Origin: Nitrospirota bacterium
GTDB taxonomy: Bacteria; Nitrospirota; UBA9217
Assembly (NCBI GenBank): GCA_963818475.1
Contig: CAWFSF010000006.1
Span: 1,504,001-1,568,000 of the forward strand
DNA length: 64,000 bases
Reading direction: 5' to 3'
In this document: one piece after another, positions 22,971-32,408 of the stretch
How positions within the stretch are numbered: position 1 is the first letter of the stretch
How the letters are laid out: each line of letters begins with the position of its first letter
Translations under genes and position numbers: made by a program
Notes under the pieces: model-generated
Seen by the model: only the letters and a program-made list of their open reading frames with translations
The model's database searches: none
Told to the model about the DNA's origin: nothing

Positions 22971-23678
22971 ATGACTGACGATAAAGAACTCATACTCCTG
23001 ATCGAAGACGAGCCGCAGATGCGGCGGTTCCTGCGGATCACGCTCCAAAGCAAGGGATACCGGCTGGTCGAGACGGAAACCGGAAACGACGGCCTGATCC
23101 AGGCCGCGTCGCGCAACCCCGATGTCGTGCTCCTCGATCTGGGTCTGCCTGACATGGATGGACTCGAGGTGACCACGCGACTACGCGAGTGGACTCAAAC
23201 GCCGATCATCATCATCTCGGCGCGGGAACAGGAGCAGGACAAGGTAAAGGCGCTTGATGCGGGCGCCGACGATTATCTGACCAAACCGTTCAACGCCGGT
23301 GAACTTCTTGCCCGGATCCGCGTGGCTCTGCGTCACGCTCTCCGGCAGCGATCGGGTCGGCAGGAGCCGGTCTTCTCGCTGTACAACCTGCGCGTCGATC
23401 TCGCCCAGCGGCAGGTCTTTCTCGACGACAGCGAGGTCCATCTCACTCCCATCGAGTACAAGCTGCTCGCGACCCTGATCCGTCATGCGGGGAAAGTGAT
23501 TACCCACCGGCAACTCTTGACCGAAGTATGGGGTGCCGCGCATGTGAATGAGGTCCAGTATCTGCGCGTGTACATGACGCAGCTCAGGCATAAACTGGAG
23601 GTCGATCCCGCCCGCCCCCGGTTTCTCATGAACGAGCCGGGCATAGGATACCGCCTGAAATACGATACGGAAGGATGA
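22971..23678 (+). CDS. kdpE: Response regulator KdpE
   Basis: LLDLGLPDMDG, GADDYLTKPF and YLRVYMTQLRHKLEVDPARPR motifs. Confidence 0.95.
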   Translation: MTDDKELILLIEDEPQMRRFLRITLQSKGYRLVETETGNDGLIQAASRNPDVVLLDLGLPDMDGLEVTTRLREWTQTPIIIISAREQEQDKVKALDAGADDYLTKPFNAGELLARIRVALRHALRQRSGRQEPVFSLYNLRVDLAQRQVFLDDSEVHLTPIEYKLLATLIRHAGKVITHRQLLTEVWGAAHVNEVQYLRVYMTQLRHKLEVDPARPRFLMNEPGIGYRLKYDTEG

Positions 23679-23691
23679 GGAAAACCATTTA

Positions 23692-25692
23692 ATGAAACCG
23701 GAGCAGAAACCAACAGGCATCCAGCGCCTCAAGACCCTGATCATCGGCGGCAAGCATAACATCGAAGATACGTCTATTTTCCACAAGCTCGCCTTGATCG
23801 CGTTCTTTGCCTGGGTCGGTCTCGGAGCGGACGGGCTCTCGTCGTCGTGCTACGGTCCGGAAGAAGCGTTTCTCGCATTCAAGGGCCACGTCTATCTCAG
23901 CGTCTTTGTCGCGCTCATGTCCGGCATCACGGTCTTCATCATCGCGGCGAGTTATTCGCAGATCATCGAGCTTTTCCCCACGGGAGGCGGCGGTTATCTC
24001 GTTGCGAGCAAACTGCTCTCGCCGACCGTCGGCATGATCTCCGGTTCCGCGCTCCTGATCGACTACGTGCTCACGATCACGATCTCCGTGGCGAGCGGCG
24101 CGGACGCCCTGTTCAGCTTTCTTCCCCCCGCCTGGCTGCCGTACAAGCTCACGTTCGCGCTCCTCGGCGTCCTGGCGCTCACGGTCATGAACATGCGCGG
24201 GGTGAAGGAATCGGTCCTGCCCCTCGTGCCCATCTTTCTGACCTTCGTCATAACCCATGCGTTCATCATCGGGTATGCCGTGATCATGAACCTGGGAAAC
24301 CTGGGCGCCGTCGCGTCCGCGACCAGGGCCGACGTGATCCAGACGCAGGCGGAGCTGGGCATCGGCGGGATGCTTTTGCTCATCCTGCGCGCCTACAGCA
24401 TGGGCGCGGGCACCTATACGGGCATCGAGGCGGTGAGCAATGGGCTTCCCATCCTGCGGGAGCCGAAGGTCCGGACCGGCAAGCGCACCATGCGCTACAT
24501 GGCGATATCGCTCGCCATCACCGTCATGGGCCTGATGATCGCCTATCTTCTGTATCGTGTCGTGCCGCAGAGCGGGAAAACGCTGAATGCGGTTCTGTTC
24601 GAGACCATGACGCAGGGACTGGGGCAGATCAGGCACGGTGTTTGTTCTCATTACGCTGCTCTCGGAAGCGGCGCTCCTGTTCATCGCGGCCCAGGCGGGC
24701 TTTCTGGACGGGCCGCGTGTGCTTTCGAACATGGCGCTCGACCGCTGGTTCCCGACCAAGTTCGCCATGCTCTCCGACCGCCTCGTGACCCAGAAAGGCA
24801 TCCTGCTCATGGGCGGCGCGGCGCTCGTCACCATGGTGCTGACCAACGGCTCGGTGAAATATCTCGTCGTCCTTTACAGCATCAACGTGTTCATCACCTT
24901 CTTTCTGTCCCAGCTCGGCATGGTGCGCCACTGGTGGCAGGTCCGCGGCAAGGAGGACCATTGGGAAAAGAAGCTCTTCATCAACGGCGTGGGCATGCGC
25001 TGACCTCGTTCATTCTCGTGTCCGTGATCGTGCTCAAGTTCTACGACGGCGGCTGGATCACGCTCATCCTCACGGGCTCGTTGATCGCGATCGCGCTCCT
25101 CACGAAGCGCCACTACCGGAACACCCATAAGCTTCTGCACCGGCTCGATGAACTGGTGAATGTTGCCGAGTCTTCCTGTCCATCACTGCCCATTGCAGCG
25201 GGAACAGAAAAGGAACTGAAGATCAAATACGATCCCCAGGACAAGACCGCGGTCCTGCTCGTGAACGGGTTCAACGGGCTCGGACTCCACACGCTTTTCA
25301 GCATCATCCGGCTGTTCGGCGGTACATTCAAGAATTTCGTGTTCATCCAGGTCGGCATCGTGGACGCCGGGAACTTCAAGGGTGCGGAAGAGGTTACCCG
25401 TATGAGGACCGATGTCAAGAAGGAGCTGGACCGCTACGTCAATTACATGCGGTGCCATGGCTATTATGCCGCAGCCTATTCGGCGTTCGGCACGGACGTG
25501 GTCGACGAGATCGCGCGCGTCACCCCCGAGATTCTGGAGCGCTTCCCGAACGCGATCCTCTTCGGAGGACAACTGGTGTTCCCGAAGACCACGTTCCTGT
25601 CCGGAGTGTTCCACAATTACACAATTTTCGCAGTTCAAAGGCGATTCTACAGCGAGGGAATTCCCGTTGTGATTCTGCCGATTCGTGTTTAG
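23692..25692 (+). CDS. APC-superfamily transporter, KimA/YdaO-like putative K+ importer (two compensating frameshifts)
   Basis: GADGLSSSCYGPEEAF, GGGGYLVAS, DYVLTITISVASG, TGIEAVSNG and LYSINVFITF motifs, plus a soluble C-terminal domain. Starts 13 bp after kdpE. Confidence 0.85.
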   Translation: MKPEQKPTGIQRLKTLIIGGKHNIEDTSIFHKLALIAFFAWVGLGADGLSSSCYGPEEAFLAFKGHVYLSVFVALMSGITVFIIAASYSQIIELFPTGGGGYLVASKLLSPTVGMISGSALLIDYVLTITISVASGADALFSFLPPAWLPYKLTFALLGVLALTVMNMRGVKESVLPLVPIFLTFVITHAFIIGYAVIMNLGNLGAVASATRADVIQTQAELGIGGMLLLILRAYSMGAGTYTGIEAVSNGLPILREPKVRTGKRTMRYMAISLAITVMGLMIAYLLYRVVPQSGKTLNAVLFETMTQGLGQIRHGVCSHYAALGSGAPVHRGPGGLSGRAACAFEHGARPLVPDQVRHALRPPRDPERHPAHGRRGARHHGADQRLGEISRRPLQHQRVHHLLSVPARHGAPLVAGPRQGGPLGKEALHQRRGHALTSFILVSVIVLKFYDGGWITLILTGSLIAIALLTKRHYRNTHKLLHRLDELVNVAESSCPSLPIAAGTEKELKIKYDPQDKTAVLLVNGFNGLGLHTLFSIIRLFGGTFKNFVFIQVGIVDAGNFKGAEEVTRMRTDVKKELDRYVNYMRCHGYYAAAYSAFGTDVVDEIARVTPEILERFPNAILFGGQLVFPKTTFLSGVFHNYTIFAVQRRFYSEGIPVVILPIRV

Positions 25693-25857
25693 AGAAACAA
25701 CCAGCGGAGCAGATCATTAACGATAGTCCGTCTAGCGACTAGTTATACCCCGCACTTTTTCTCATTGCCTCACCGAATTTCAGTTCGAGCGTTTAATTTA
25801 TATTTCCTGCACATTTTGTGATTCAGCTGTTTTTATTATGAAGATTCAGTGTTAATT

Positions 25858-25886
25858 TTGACTTCACTTACTACTGATGCTATAAT
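25858..25886 (+). promoter_or_regulatory. Near-consensus sigma70 promoter of rmuC
   Basis: TTGACT-17 nt-TATAAT with a TGn extension. Confidence 0.75.
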
Positions 25887-25922
25887 GCCGTCAATTCAGC
25901 TTTCGGATGTAAACTATTTATC

Positions 25923-27057
25923 ATGCAAATCGCCATCCTCATACTCCTCGCCGCCATCGTCCTCATCCTCCTCTGGCTTGTGATCCAGTCGCAGAAGAAG
26001 ACCGTCGACCCGTACAGTCACCCTGATGCAGCAGGAAGTGCAGTCCCTGCGCGGGCAGTTGACCGACGCCATGCTGAAAAACCAGGAGTCGGTGAACCAG
26101 CAGCTCGGCCAGATCACGATGCAGGTGAATACCCAGCTCGGCCAGGCAACGTCACAGATGAACACACGTCTCGGCCAGGTGACGGAGCAGCTCCAGAAAT
26201 CGACGGGCGACCTGAACAGCAGGCTGGACAACGCCGCCCGCGTGGTGCAGGAAGTGAGCAAGGGGCTCGGCAGTCTGAGCGAAGCCACGAAAAAGGTCTT
26301 TGACGTGGGCAAGGACATCGCAAGCCTGCAGGAGATCCTGCGCTCGCCCAAACTGCGCGGGGGGCTGGGCGAACTGTTCCTCGGCGACCTGCTGGCGCAG
26401 ATCTTCCCGCCGGCGCACTACACGCTCCAGCACCGGTTCAAAAGCGGCGAGGCCGTGGACGCAGTGATCAGGGTCGGCCAGAGCCTCGTGCCCGTGGACG
26501 CGAAGTTCCCGCTCGAGAACTTCAAACGCGTCGTCGAGACGGCAACCGAGGAAGAGCGGAAGATCGCCAAGAAGAAGTTCATCGGCGACGTAAAGAAACA
26601 TATCGACGCCATATCCGGGAAATACATCCTGCCCGACGAAGGGACCTTCGATTTCGCGCTCATGTACATCCCTGCCGAGAATGTCTATTACGAGCTGATC
26701 ATCAAGGACGAGGTCGTGGATACGGACAAGGCGCTCCTGAACTACGCTTTTGCAAAGCGGGTGATCCCGGTCTCGCCGAACAGCTTCTATGCCTACCTGC
26801 AGACCATCCTGCTCGGGCTCAAGGGGCTGCATATCGAGGCCCAGGCGCAGGACATCCTGAAAAACCTGGCAAGACTTTCCGGAGATTTCAAAAAGTTTCA
26901 GGATGAATTCGAACTGGTCGGGAAACACCTGACTAATACGAAAACACGCTATGACGAAGCGGACAAACGACTCGAAAAATTCAGTGACAAGCTCCAGTCC
27001 CTGAGCGGTACGGAGCCTCATGAGGTAATCGAAGAGACAAAAAAATTGCCGCTCTGA
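25923..27057 (+). CDS. rmuC: DNA recombination protein RmuC (frameshift near 26015)
   Basis: N-terminal TM helix and coiled coil, then PKLRGGLGE, VPVDAKFPL, TFDFALMYIPAENVY and VSPNSF. Confidence 0.92.
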
Positions 27058-27124
27058 TCTGTGCGGCAATCCTGCGTACATCCTTCTTATTTCTTTCACC
27101 TAACTCGAAAAACCGGAATCAAAA

Positions 27125-27230
27125 TTTGCCACGAAGACTCGAAGTCACGAAGAACGACAAAACCGTTTAAGATAGTGTTTTACTGATTAGATTAAGGCCG
27201 TACTTCGTGTCTTAGTGCCTTCGTGGCAAA
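27125..27230. repeat. 9-nt-period inverted-repeat element (CACGAAG family), copy 1
   Basis: TTTGCCACGAAGACTCGAAGTCACGAAG ... CTTCGTGTCTTAGTGCCTTCGTGGCAAA. Confidence 0.8.
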
Positions 27231-27311
27231 AGATTCTTGCCATTTTGAGTAGAATTTAATACTTAGTTACTGATAAGACAACCCCGTTTTTTTCATGGCA
27301 TTGTTCACCAT

Positions 27312-28055
27312 CTATCTCCTGCTCCTCATCTTGGAAAGCAATCTCAGGATCTCGATATAGAGCCAGATCAGCGTTACCATGAGGCCGAAGGCTGCATACC
27401 ATTCCATGTACTTCGGCGCACCCTGCTCTGCCCCCTTCTCGATGAAATCGAAGTCGAGCACCAGGTTCAGCGCCGCTACAACGACGACGAAGAGGCTGAA
27501 CCCGATCCCGATGAGGCCGCTCTCGTGAATGTAAGGCATGCGCACGTTAAACAGGCCGAGCACCATCGTGGCGAGATAGACCAGCGCGATCCCGCCGGTT
27601 GCCGCCACCACGCCGAGCTTGAAGTTCTCGGTCGCCTTGATGAGCCCTGACCGGTAGGCGAACAGGAGTCCGAAGAGCGTGCCGAACGTGAGTCCCACGG
27701 CCTGGATCACGATGCCGGGGTAGCGCGCTTCGATGAGCGACGAGATGCCGCCGAGCACCAGCCCTTCCAGCAGCGCATAAAGCGGCGCCGTCACTCCCGC
27801 CCACTGCTTCTTAAATACGGTCACGAGCGCCACAATAAAGCCGCCGATGGCCCCGCCCAGCACCCAGATACCCATGGAATCAGCGGCCGTATAGTACATC
27901 CGCCATGTCCAGGCCGCTGTCAGGAGCACCAGCAGAAGGAGCACGCCGGTTTTGTTCACGGTCCCCTGCACCGTCATGGAATCACCTGCTGCGATCGCGC
28001 GCCCGTGGCTTCTGAACACGCTGTCGTTCAAGGTCGGATTGGATGTTCTCATCAT
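27312..28055 (-). CDS. Bax inhibitor-1/YccA family membrane protein
   Basis: MRTSNP, MTVQGTVNKT, NLVLDFDFIE and EWYAAFGLMVTLIWLYIEILRLL motifs. Confidence 0.92.
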   Translation of the reverse strand: MMRTSNPTLNDSVFRSHGRAIAAGDSMTVQGTVNKTGVLLLLVLLTAAWTWRMYYTAADSMGIWVLGGAIGGFIVALVTVFKKQWAGVTAPLYALLEGLVLGGISSLIEARYPGIVIQAVGLTFGTLFGLLFAYRSGLIKATENFKLGVVAATGGIALVYLATMVLGLFNVRMPYIHESGLIGIGFSLFVVVVAALNLVLDFDFIEKGAEQGAPKYMEWYAAFGLMVTLIWLYIEILRLLSKMRSRR

Positions 28056-28114
28056 GGTACTCCTCCATGTCACTGCGGTAATTGGTCTTTACGCTTTCAT
28101 CAAATACTGACGCG

Positions 28115-29770
28115 CTAAGATAAAGGCTCCGTACTTGTCTCGCCGGAGGGCTCCGCCCTGCTCAGCACTACTTTATTCTTCCCTGATCTCTTTGCGCTGT
28201 ACAACGCGTTGTCCGCTTCAACCACAAGGCTCCGGATAGACACCGCATTGGCGGGACAGGACGCCACGCCGATGCTCACGGTCATTGCAACACTTGCTTC
28301 ACCGGCGGAAAAGACCGTATTTTTTATGAGTTCGCGGATCCGTTCAGCCACAAATCTTCCTGCATTCGTATCCGTTGCAGGCAGGATAACGGAGAACTCT
28401 TCACCGCCATACCTGAAAGCAAAGTCCTGGTCCCGTATGGAATGTATAATACAACGCGCAATATCCTGCAGTACGCGGTCTCCTGCCGGGTGGCCATAGG
28501 TATCGTTGATATTTTTAAAATTATCCGCGTCGATCATCAAGAGCGTCAGTTTTTCGCCGTATTGGGCATAAAGGTCGAACTTTTTCTCGATTATCGTGTG
28601 GAAATGCCTCCTCGTATACAATCGCGTAAGCTCGTCGGTGATGGCAATAAGATAGAGCGCCGCATTTTCAAAGGCAGCGGCAATATGCGTGCTCATGGCT
28701 TTGACCAGGTCCAGCCCGAGATCATTTATGCTGCCGTCGGTCTTTTTGATGAGAATAAGCGCAAGCCGGTTGTTTCCTTTTGCCACGGGCATGGACACGG
28801 TTTTCCTGTCGGGTGACACGGTTATTTCGGTGTATTCATCCCGGAGCCAGGCGAGAACGACCTCACGGTCCGGGTCCTCACCCGGAGGCAGGCCGCGCAC
28901 CATTCTATTTTCTTTTTTTCTCCAGATAACGCTGTTATAGTCCCGGCTTTCACGGGGAAGAATGATCGTGATCTCATCAGCGTTGAATATCTCACTGATC
29001 GTCGCCACGATGATACGCTTCAGTTCCTCCATCTCGATGGTTTTGCTCAGGCGCTCCACCATCATGTACAACATGGACAGTTCCGTTGACCGGACGAGGA
29101 TCTCTTTGATATAGGTATCGACCCCGCGGGAAAGCAGTTTCGACAGCAGCGGAACAATAACGATGAGGCACAGCCCTCCCGACAGCGCTATCATGAGCTC
29201 AATATGCGTGATCAGGGCGTAGGTCGGCTGGATGGAACGGTCGATGATCAGTTTGCCGTTGATCCTGTCGGCTGCGGCGTGGCAGACATGGCAGGGTTTG
29301 TCATTAAAGATGATATTGACATTCCTCAGCACATCCTGGCCCTGCAGATTGATGATCATGGTGGTGTCCCGCGGGACGGTCACGGGGCCGGTGTGGCATC
29401 CTTTGCAGGAAGGGTCGAGGAAGCGGTCGATGACCGTGCCGATCTCGTTCTTGCTCGAGGAATAAACGACCTTGCCTGTTTTGTCGACGATGAATGCTTT
29501 AACGATGGTGGAATCGCTTTTACCGATCATCTCAAGGGTTTCCTGGATGCTTTGCGAGTTCCGGACCAGCATCAGGCTGCGCAGGCTCGATTCGATAACC
29601 TCGCTCACTTCAAGCGTATTCGTTTTGCTGTCCGTGAGCAGGTGCGGCCTGAGCGTTTGGGCGATGAAGAACATGGCTAGAACAACCGACAAGGAGATCA
29701 CGCTGATGATCCCGGCAATGATCTTCCTTTTGTAACGATAGAGCCAGACTGACTTATTCATTTCCCGCAT
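28115..29770 (-). CDS. Membrane diguanylate cyclase with periplasmic diheme c sensor, GAF-like and GGDEF domains
   Basis: TM - periplasmic domain with CKGCH and CHVCH - TM - GAF-like - RDQD I-site plus GGEEF. Confidence 0.9.
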   Translation of the reverse strand: MREMNKSVWLYRYKRKIIAGIISVISLSVVLAMFFIAQTLRPHLLTDSKTNTLEVSEVIESSLRSLMLVRNSQSIQETLEMIGKSDSTIVKAFIVDKTGKVVYSSSKNEIGTVIDRFLDPSCKGCHTGPVTVPRDTTMIINLQGQDVLRNVNIIFNDKPCHVCHAAADRINGKLIIDRSIQPTYALITHIELMIALSGGLCLIVIVPLLSKLLSRGVDTYIKEILVRSTELSMLYMMVERLSKTIEMEELKRIIVATISEIFNADEITIILPRESRDYNSVIWRKKENRMVRGLPPGEDPDREVVLAWLRDEYTEITVSPDRKTVSMPVAKGNNRLALILIKKTDGSINDLGLDLVKAMSTHIAAAFENAALYLIAITDELTRLYTRRHFHTIIEKKFDLYAQYGEKLTLLMIDADNFKNINDTYGHPAGDRVLQDIARCIIHSIRDQDFAFRYGGEEFSVILPATDTNAGRFVAERIRELIKNTVFSAGEASVAMTVSIGVASCPANAVSIRSLVVEADNALYSAKRSGKNKVVLSRAEPSGETSTEPLS

Positions 29771-29828
29771 GGCTGTTATCCTTTACCGGCCTCGCCTTGC
29801 AGCGTGGCCGCACCAAAGACGTCATGCG

Positions 29829-30155
29829 CTAGTGTGCATGACCCGAATGCCCGCCGGAGACGACATAGACAAGCGGTACCGTGCCTGAATTCCCGGCAAG
29901 GACCGTTTCGTCACCCACCAGGTGCAGCGCCTGCCCCTGCTTCAGCGTTCCGACATGAGCACCGGTCAGGGTCATGTCTCCCTGAAGAGCGAGAATGAGC
30001 TCTTCATGTCCATGGCCCGGCTTGAGCTCCCGTCCGTTCTCCCCCGGCTGCAGGACCCCGTAGATAAGGTAACAAGCATGGCTGCCTGTTTCCTGCGAAC
30101 CGAGAAGGTACTCACCCGTTCCCTGCAGCTTGCCAATTACGTCGAAGATCTTCAT
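29829..30155 (-). CDS. Small cupin-fold protein
   Basis: GSHACYLIYG..PGE...PGHGHEELIL..QG...GQALHL..GGHSGHAH. Confidence 0.75.
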   Translation of the reverse strand: MKIFDVIGKLQGTGEYLLGSQETGSHACYLIYGVLQPGENGRELKPGHGHEELILALQGDMTLTGAHVGTLKQGQALHLVGDETVLAGNSGTVPLVYVVSGGHSGHAH

Positions 30156-30182
30156 TCCACACTCCCCGTGCCGCATGCGGGA

Positions 30183-32003
30183 CTACATTTCCACGCGTGT
30201 CACGACTCCGTGCAGCTTGTTGGCAGGCAGTTTGTAGAACTGGACAAGATTGGGAGTCAGGCGCTTGATGACCGAAAAGACCTGCCAGACCGGGTTCGTT
30301 GGAATGATGTCCTCGACGCCATAGAAGATCGTCTTTTCGCTGATCCCCGCCTCGCGCAGTATCTCTTCCACGTCCGGCACTTCCATGTACCCTACCTGGA
30401 TCTCGAACCAACGGAGGCCGTCGGCAAGTTGCTCCCTGAAAAAACCTGCAACACCAAAAGGGTCTTCACGTTTGACAATGGAGATAATGACGTTGTCCTG
30501 GTAGATGATGTTGTTCTTGAACATGGTATGGACCATGTACGGAGGTATTTCTTTGGCATCCCTGGCAAAGAACAATGCCGTGCCGCTGATCTTGTTCACA
30601 GCCTTGTATATCTGATTATAGGACAGCAGAAACACATCAAGGGGCAGCGGCTGAAGCGCCCAATAGAGCTTTCGCTGCCCGGTCCGATACAGCATGATGA
30701 TCGAGAACGGAATGGCTGCGATGATGAGGGACCAGTATCCTCCGTGCGGTATCTTGTAGGTGTTCGATACCAGGAACGTAAAAGACACTATGGTCACGAG
30801 CAGCGACAGTGCGGTGCGGCCATGCTTGCGCCTGATATGGAATATCCAGGTCATGAAAATACCGGTGAGGGTCATGGTGCCGGTCACGGCGAGGCCGTAA
30901 GCAGCGGCAAGATTGGCAGACTCCCGGAACTCGACCATGATGAAGATGACCGCCAGGAGGAGGAACCAGTTCACAAAACCGATGTAGATCTGGGACTGGC
31001 GTTCCATGGAAGTGTAATCCACCTTGAACATGGGCATGATCCGCGTGGCGATGCCTTGGTAAACGATCGAGAACATGCCGCTGATCATGGCCTGCGATGC
31101 GATGACCGTCGCCATGATGGACAGGAGCAGGAACGGAACATACAGGAACTGCGCCTGGTGAAATACCATCTCGAAGAGCACGTTCCTGGCGCCGGGATGC
31201 TGGATGAGATACGCCCCCTGGCCCAGGTAGTTCAGCACCAGGGCGAAGAACACAAAGTACCACGATTTGACGATCGGTTCCCTTCCGAGGTGCCCCATAT
31301 CCGCATACAGCGCCTCGCCGCCGGTGGCGCAGAGAATGACCTCGGACAGGACGAAGAACCCGGTGAGACCGTTGTGGTACAGGAACTGGAAGGCATGGAT
31401 CGGATTCACTGCCTTGATCACGGAGGGAACCTGAACAATGGATATGACCCCGAAAACCGTGAGCGCTATGAACCACAGGAGCATCATCGGCCCGAAAGCG
31501 CCGGCAACCTTCTCGGTGCCCTTCTTTTGAAAGGAGAACAGAATGAACGCTATGGCGCTGGCAATGACGATAAGCGAGGTCTGTGCCGTTTTTTCAAATC
31601 CGGGGATCAGGAGGATGCCTTCGACAGCGCTCAGGATACTGATAGCCGGCGTGATGACGCCGTCGCCGATGATAAGCGATATACCGATGAACGACAGGAG
31701 CGTAACGACGGTGATCGATCGGCCCGATTTCAGGAGGGGCACCAGGAGCTCCCGGAGCACGATGGTCCCGCCCTCTCCGCGTTTGCCGAGACTCATGGCG
31801 AGCCAGGCGTACTGCACGGTGACCAGCAGGATAAGCGTCCAGACGATCAGGGACAGGACGCCGATCACACTGTCAGCCGTCCGTACGATTGAGGGAAGCA
31901 GGAAGATAACCGTCAGCGTGTAGATGGGGCTCGTGCCGATATCGCCGAAAACGAGGCCGAGGGATTTGAGGGTTCCTTTGAATGGAGATGCTTTATCAGG
32001 CAT
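30183..32003 (-). CDS. kup: KUP/HAK/KT potassium uptake permease
   Basis: LGLVFGDIGTSPIY, GEGGT, GDGVITPAISILSAVEG, GGEALYADMGH and LAAAYGLAVTGTM motifs. Confidence 0.97.
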   Translation of the reverse strand: MPDKASPFKGTLKSLGLVFGDIGTSPIYTLTVIFLLPSIVRTADSVIGVLSLIVWTLILLVTVQYAWLAMSLGKRGEGGTIVLRELLVPLLKSGRSITVVTLLSFIGISLIIGDGVITPAISILSAVEGILLIPGFEKTAQTSLIVIASAIAFILFSFQKKGTEKVAGAFGPMMLLWFIALTVFGVISIVQVPSVIKAVNPIHAFQFLYHNGLTGFFVLSEVILCATGGEALYADMGHLGREPIVKSWYFVFFALVLNYLGQGAYLIQHPGARNVLFEMVFHQAQFLYVPFLLLSIMATVIASQAMISGMFSIVYQGIATRIMPMFKVDYTSMERQSQIYIGFVNWFLLLAVIFIMVEFRESANLAAAYGLAVTGTMTLTGIFMTWIFHIRRKHGRTALSLLVTIVSFTFLVSNTYKIPHGGYWSLIIAAIPFSIIMLYRTGQRKLYWALQPLPLDVFLLSYNQIYKAVNKISGTALFFARDAKEIPPYMVHTMFKNNIIYQDNVIISIVKREDPFGVAGFFREQLADGLRWFEIQVGYMEVPDVEEILREAGISEKTIFYGVEDIIPTNPVWQVFSVIKRLTPNLVQFYKLPANKLHGVVTRVEM

Positions 32004-32035
32004 ACTGAGACGCGGTTCCGGTATGAGATAGATAC

Positions 32036-32108
32036 GGTATAAGCTGCGATAAGATAATACACTTACTACAAAAAAGCAAGGTGAAAACAGATAAAACGAG
32101 GTATCAAC
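32036..32108 (-). promoter_or_regulatory. KdpE-box-like promoter upstream of kup
   Basis: Minus strand GTTGATACCTCGTTTTATC-13/14 nt-TTTTTTGTAGTAAGTGTATT-ATCTTATCGCAGCT-TATACC parallels the two kdp promoters. Confidence 0.5.
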
Positions 32109-32346
32109 GCAATCAAAGAAATGGCTTAAGCGTGACAAAAAATGAAGCGTTCAGAATATGCGATATCGCGCGCAGCATATTACGAAACCTGTTGATAGAG
32201 AGTATCCGCACAGCATTCAAGACCAGATAATGCCAATGTTACCGGTAACACGGATCATGTGTCAAAAATACACCGCGCATGGGTAATGGATTACCTAGAG
32301 ATGATGGAAAGTTATATCCAAACCTTTGATATTACGTTCATTTAAT

Positions 32347-32363
32347 CAGGCACAGCTATTGCA
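32347..32363 (+). promoter_or_regulatory. sigma54 (-24/-12) promoter
   Basis: CAGGCACAGCTATTGCA (GG-N10-GC), 45 bp before the PAS-GGDEF ATG. Confidence 0.65.
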
Positions 32364-32408
32364 AATAAAAAAGGTTAAAACAATTAAAAGTTAGGTTCTA
32401 GCAAATAT

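Noticed and set aside
29922-31892. 656-aa plus-strand ORF
   Set aside because: It is the antisense shadow of kup.
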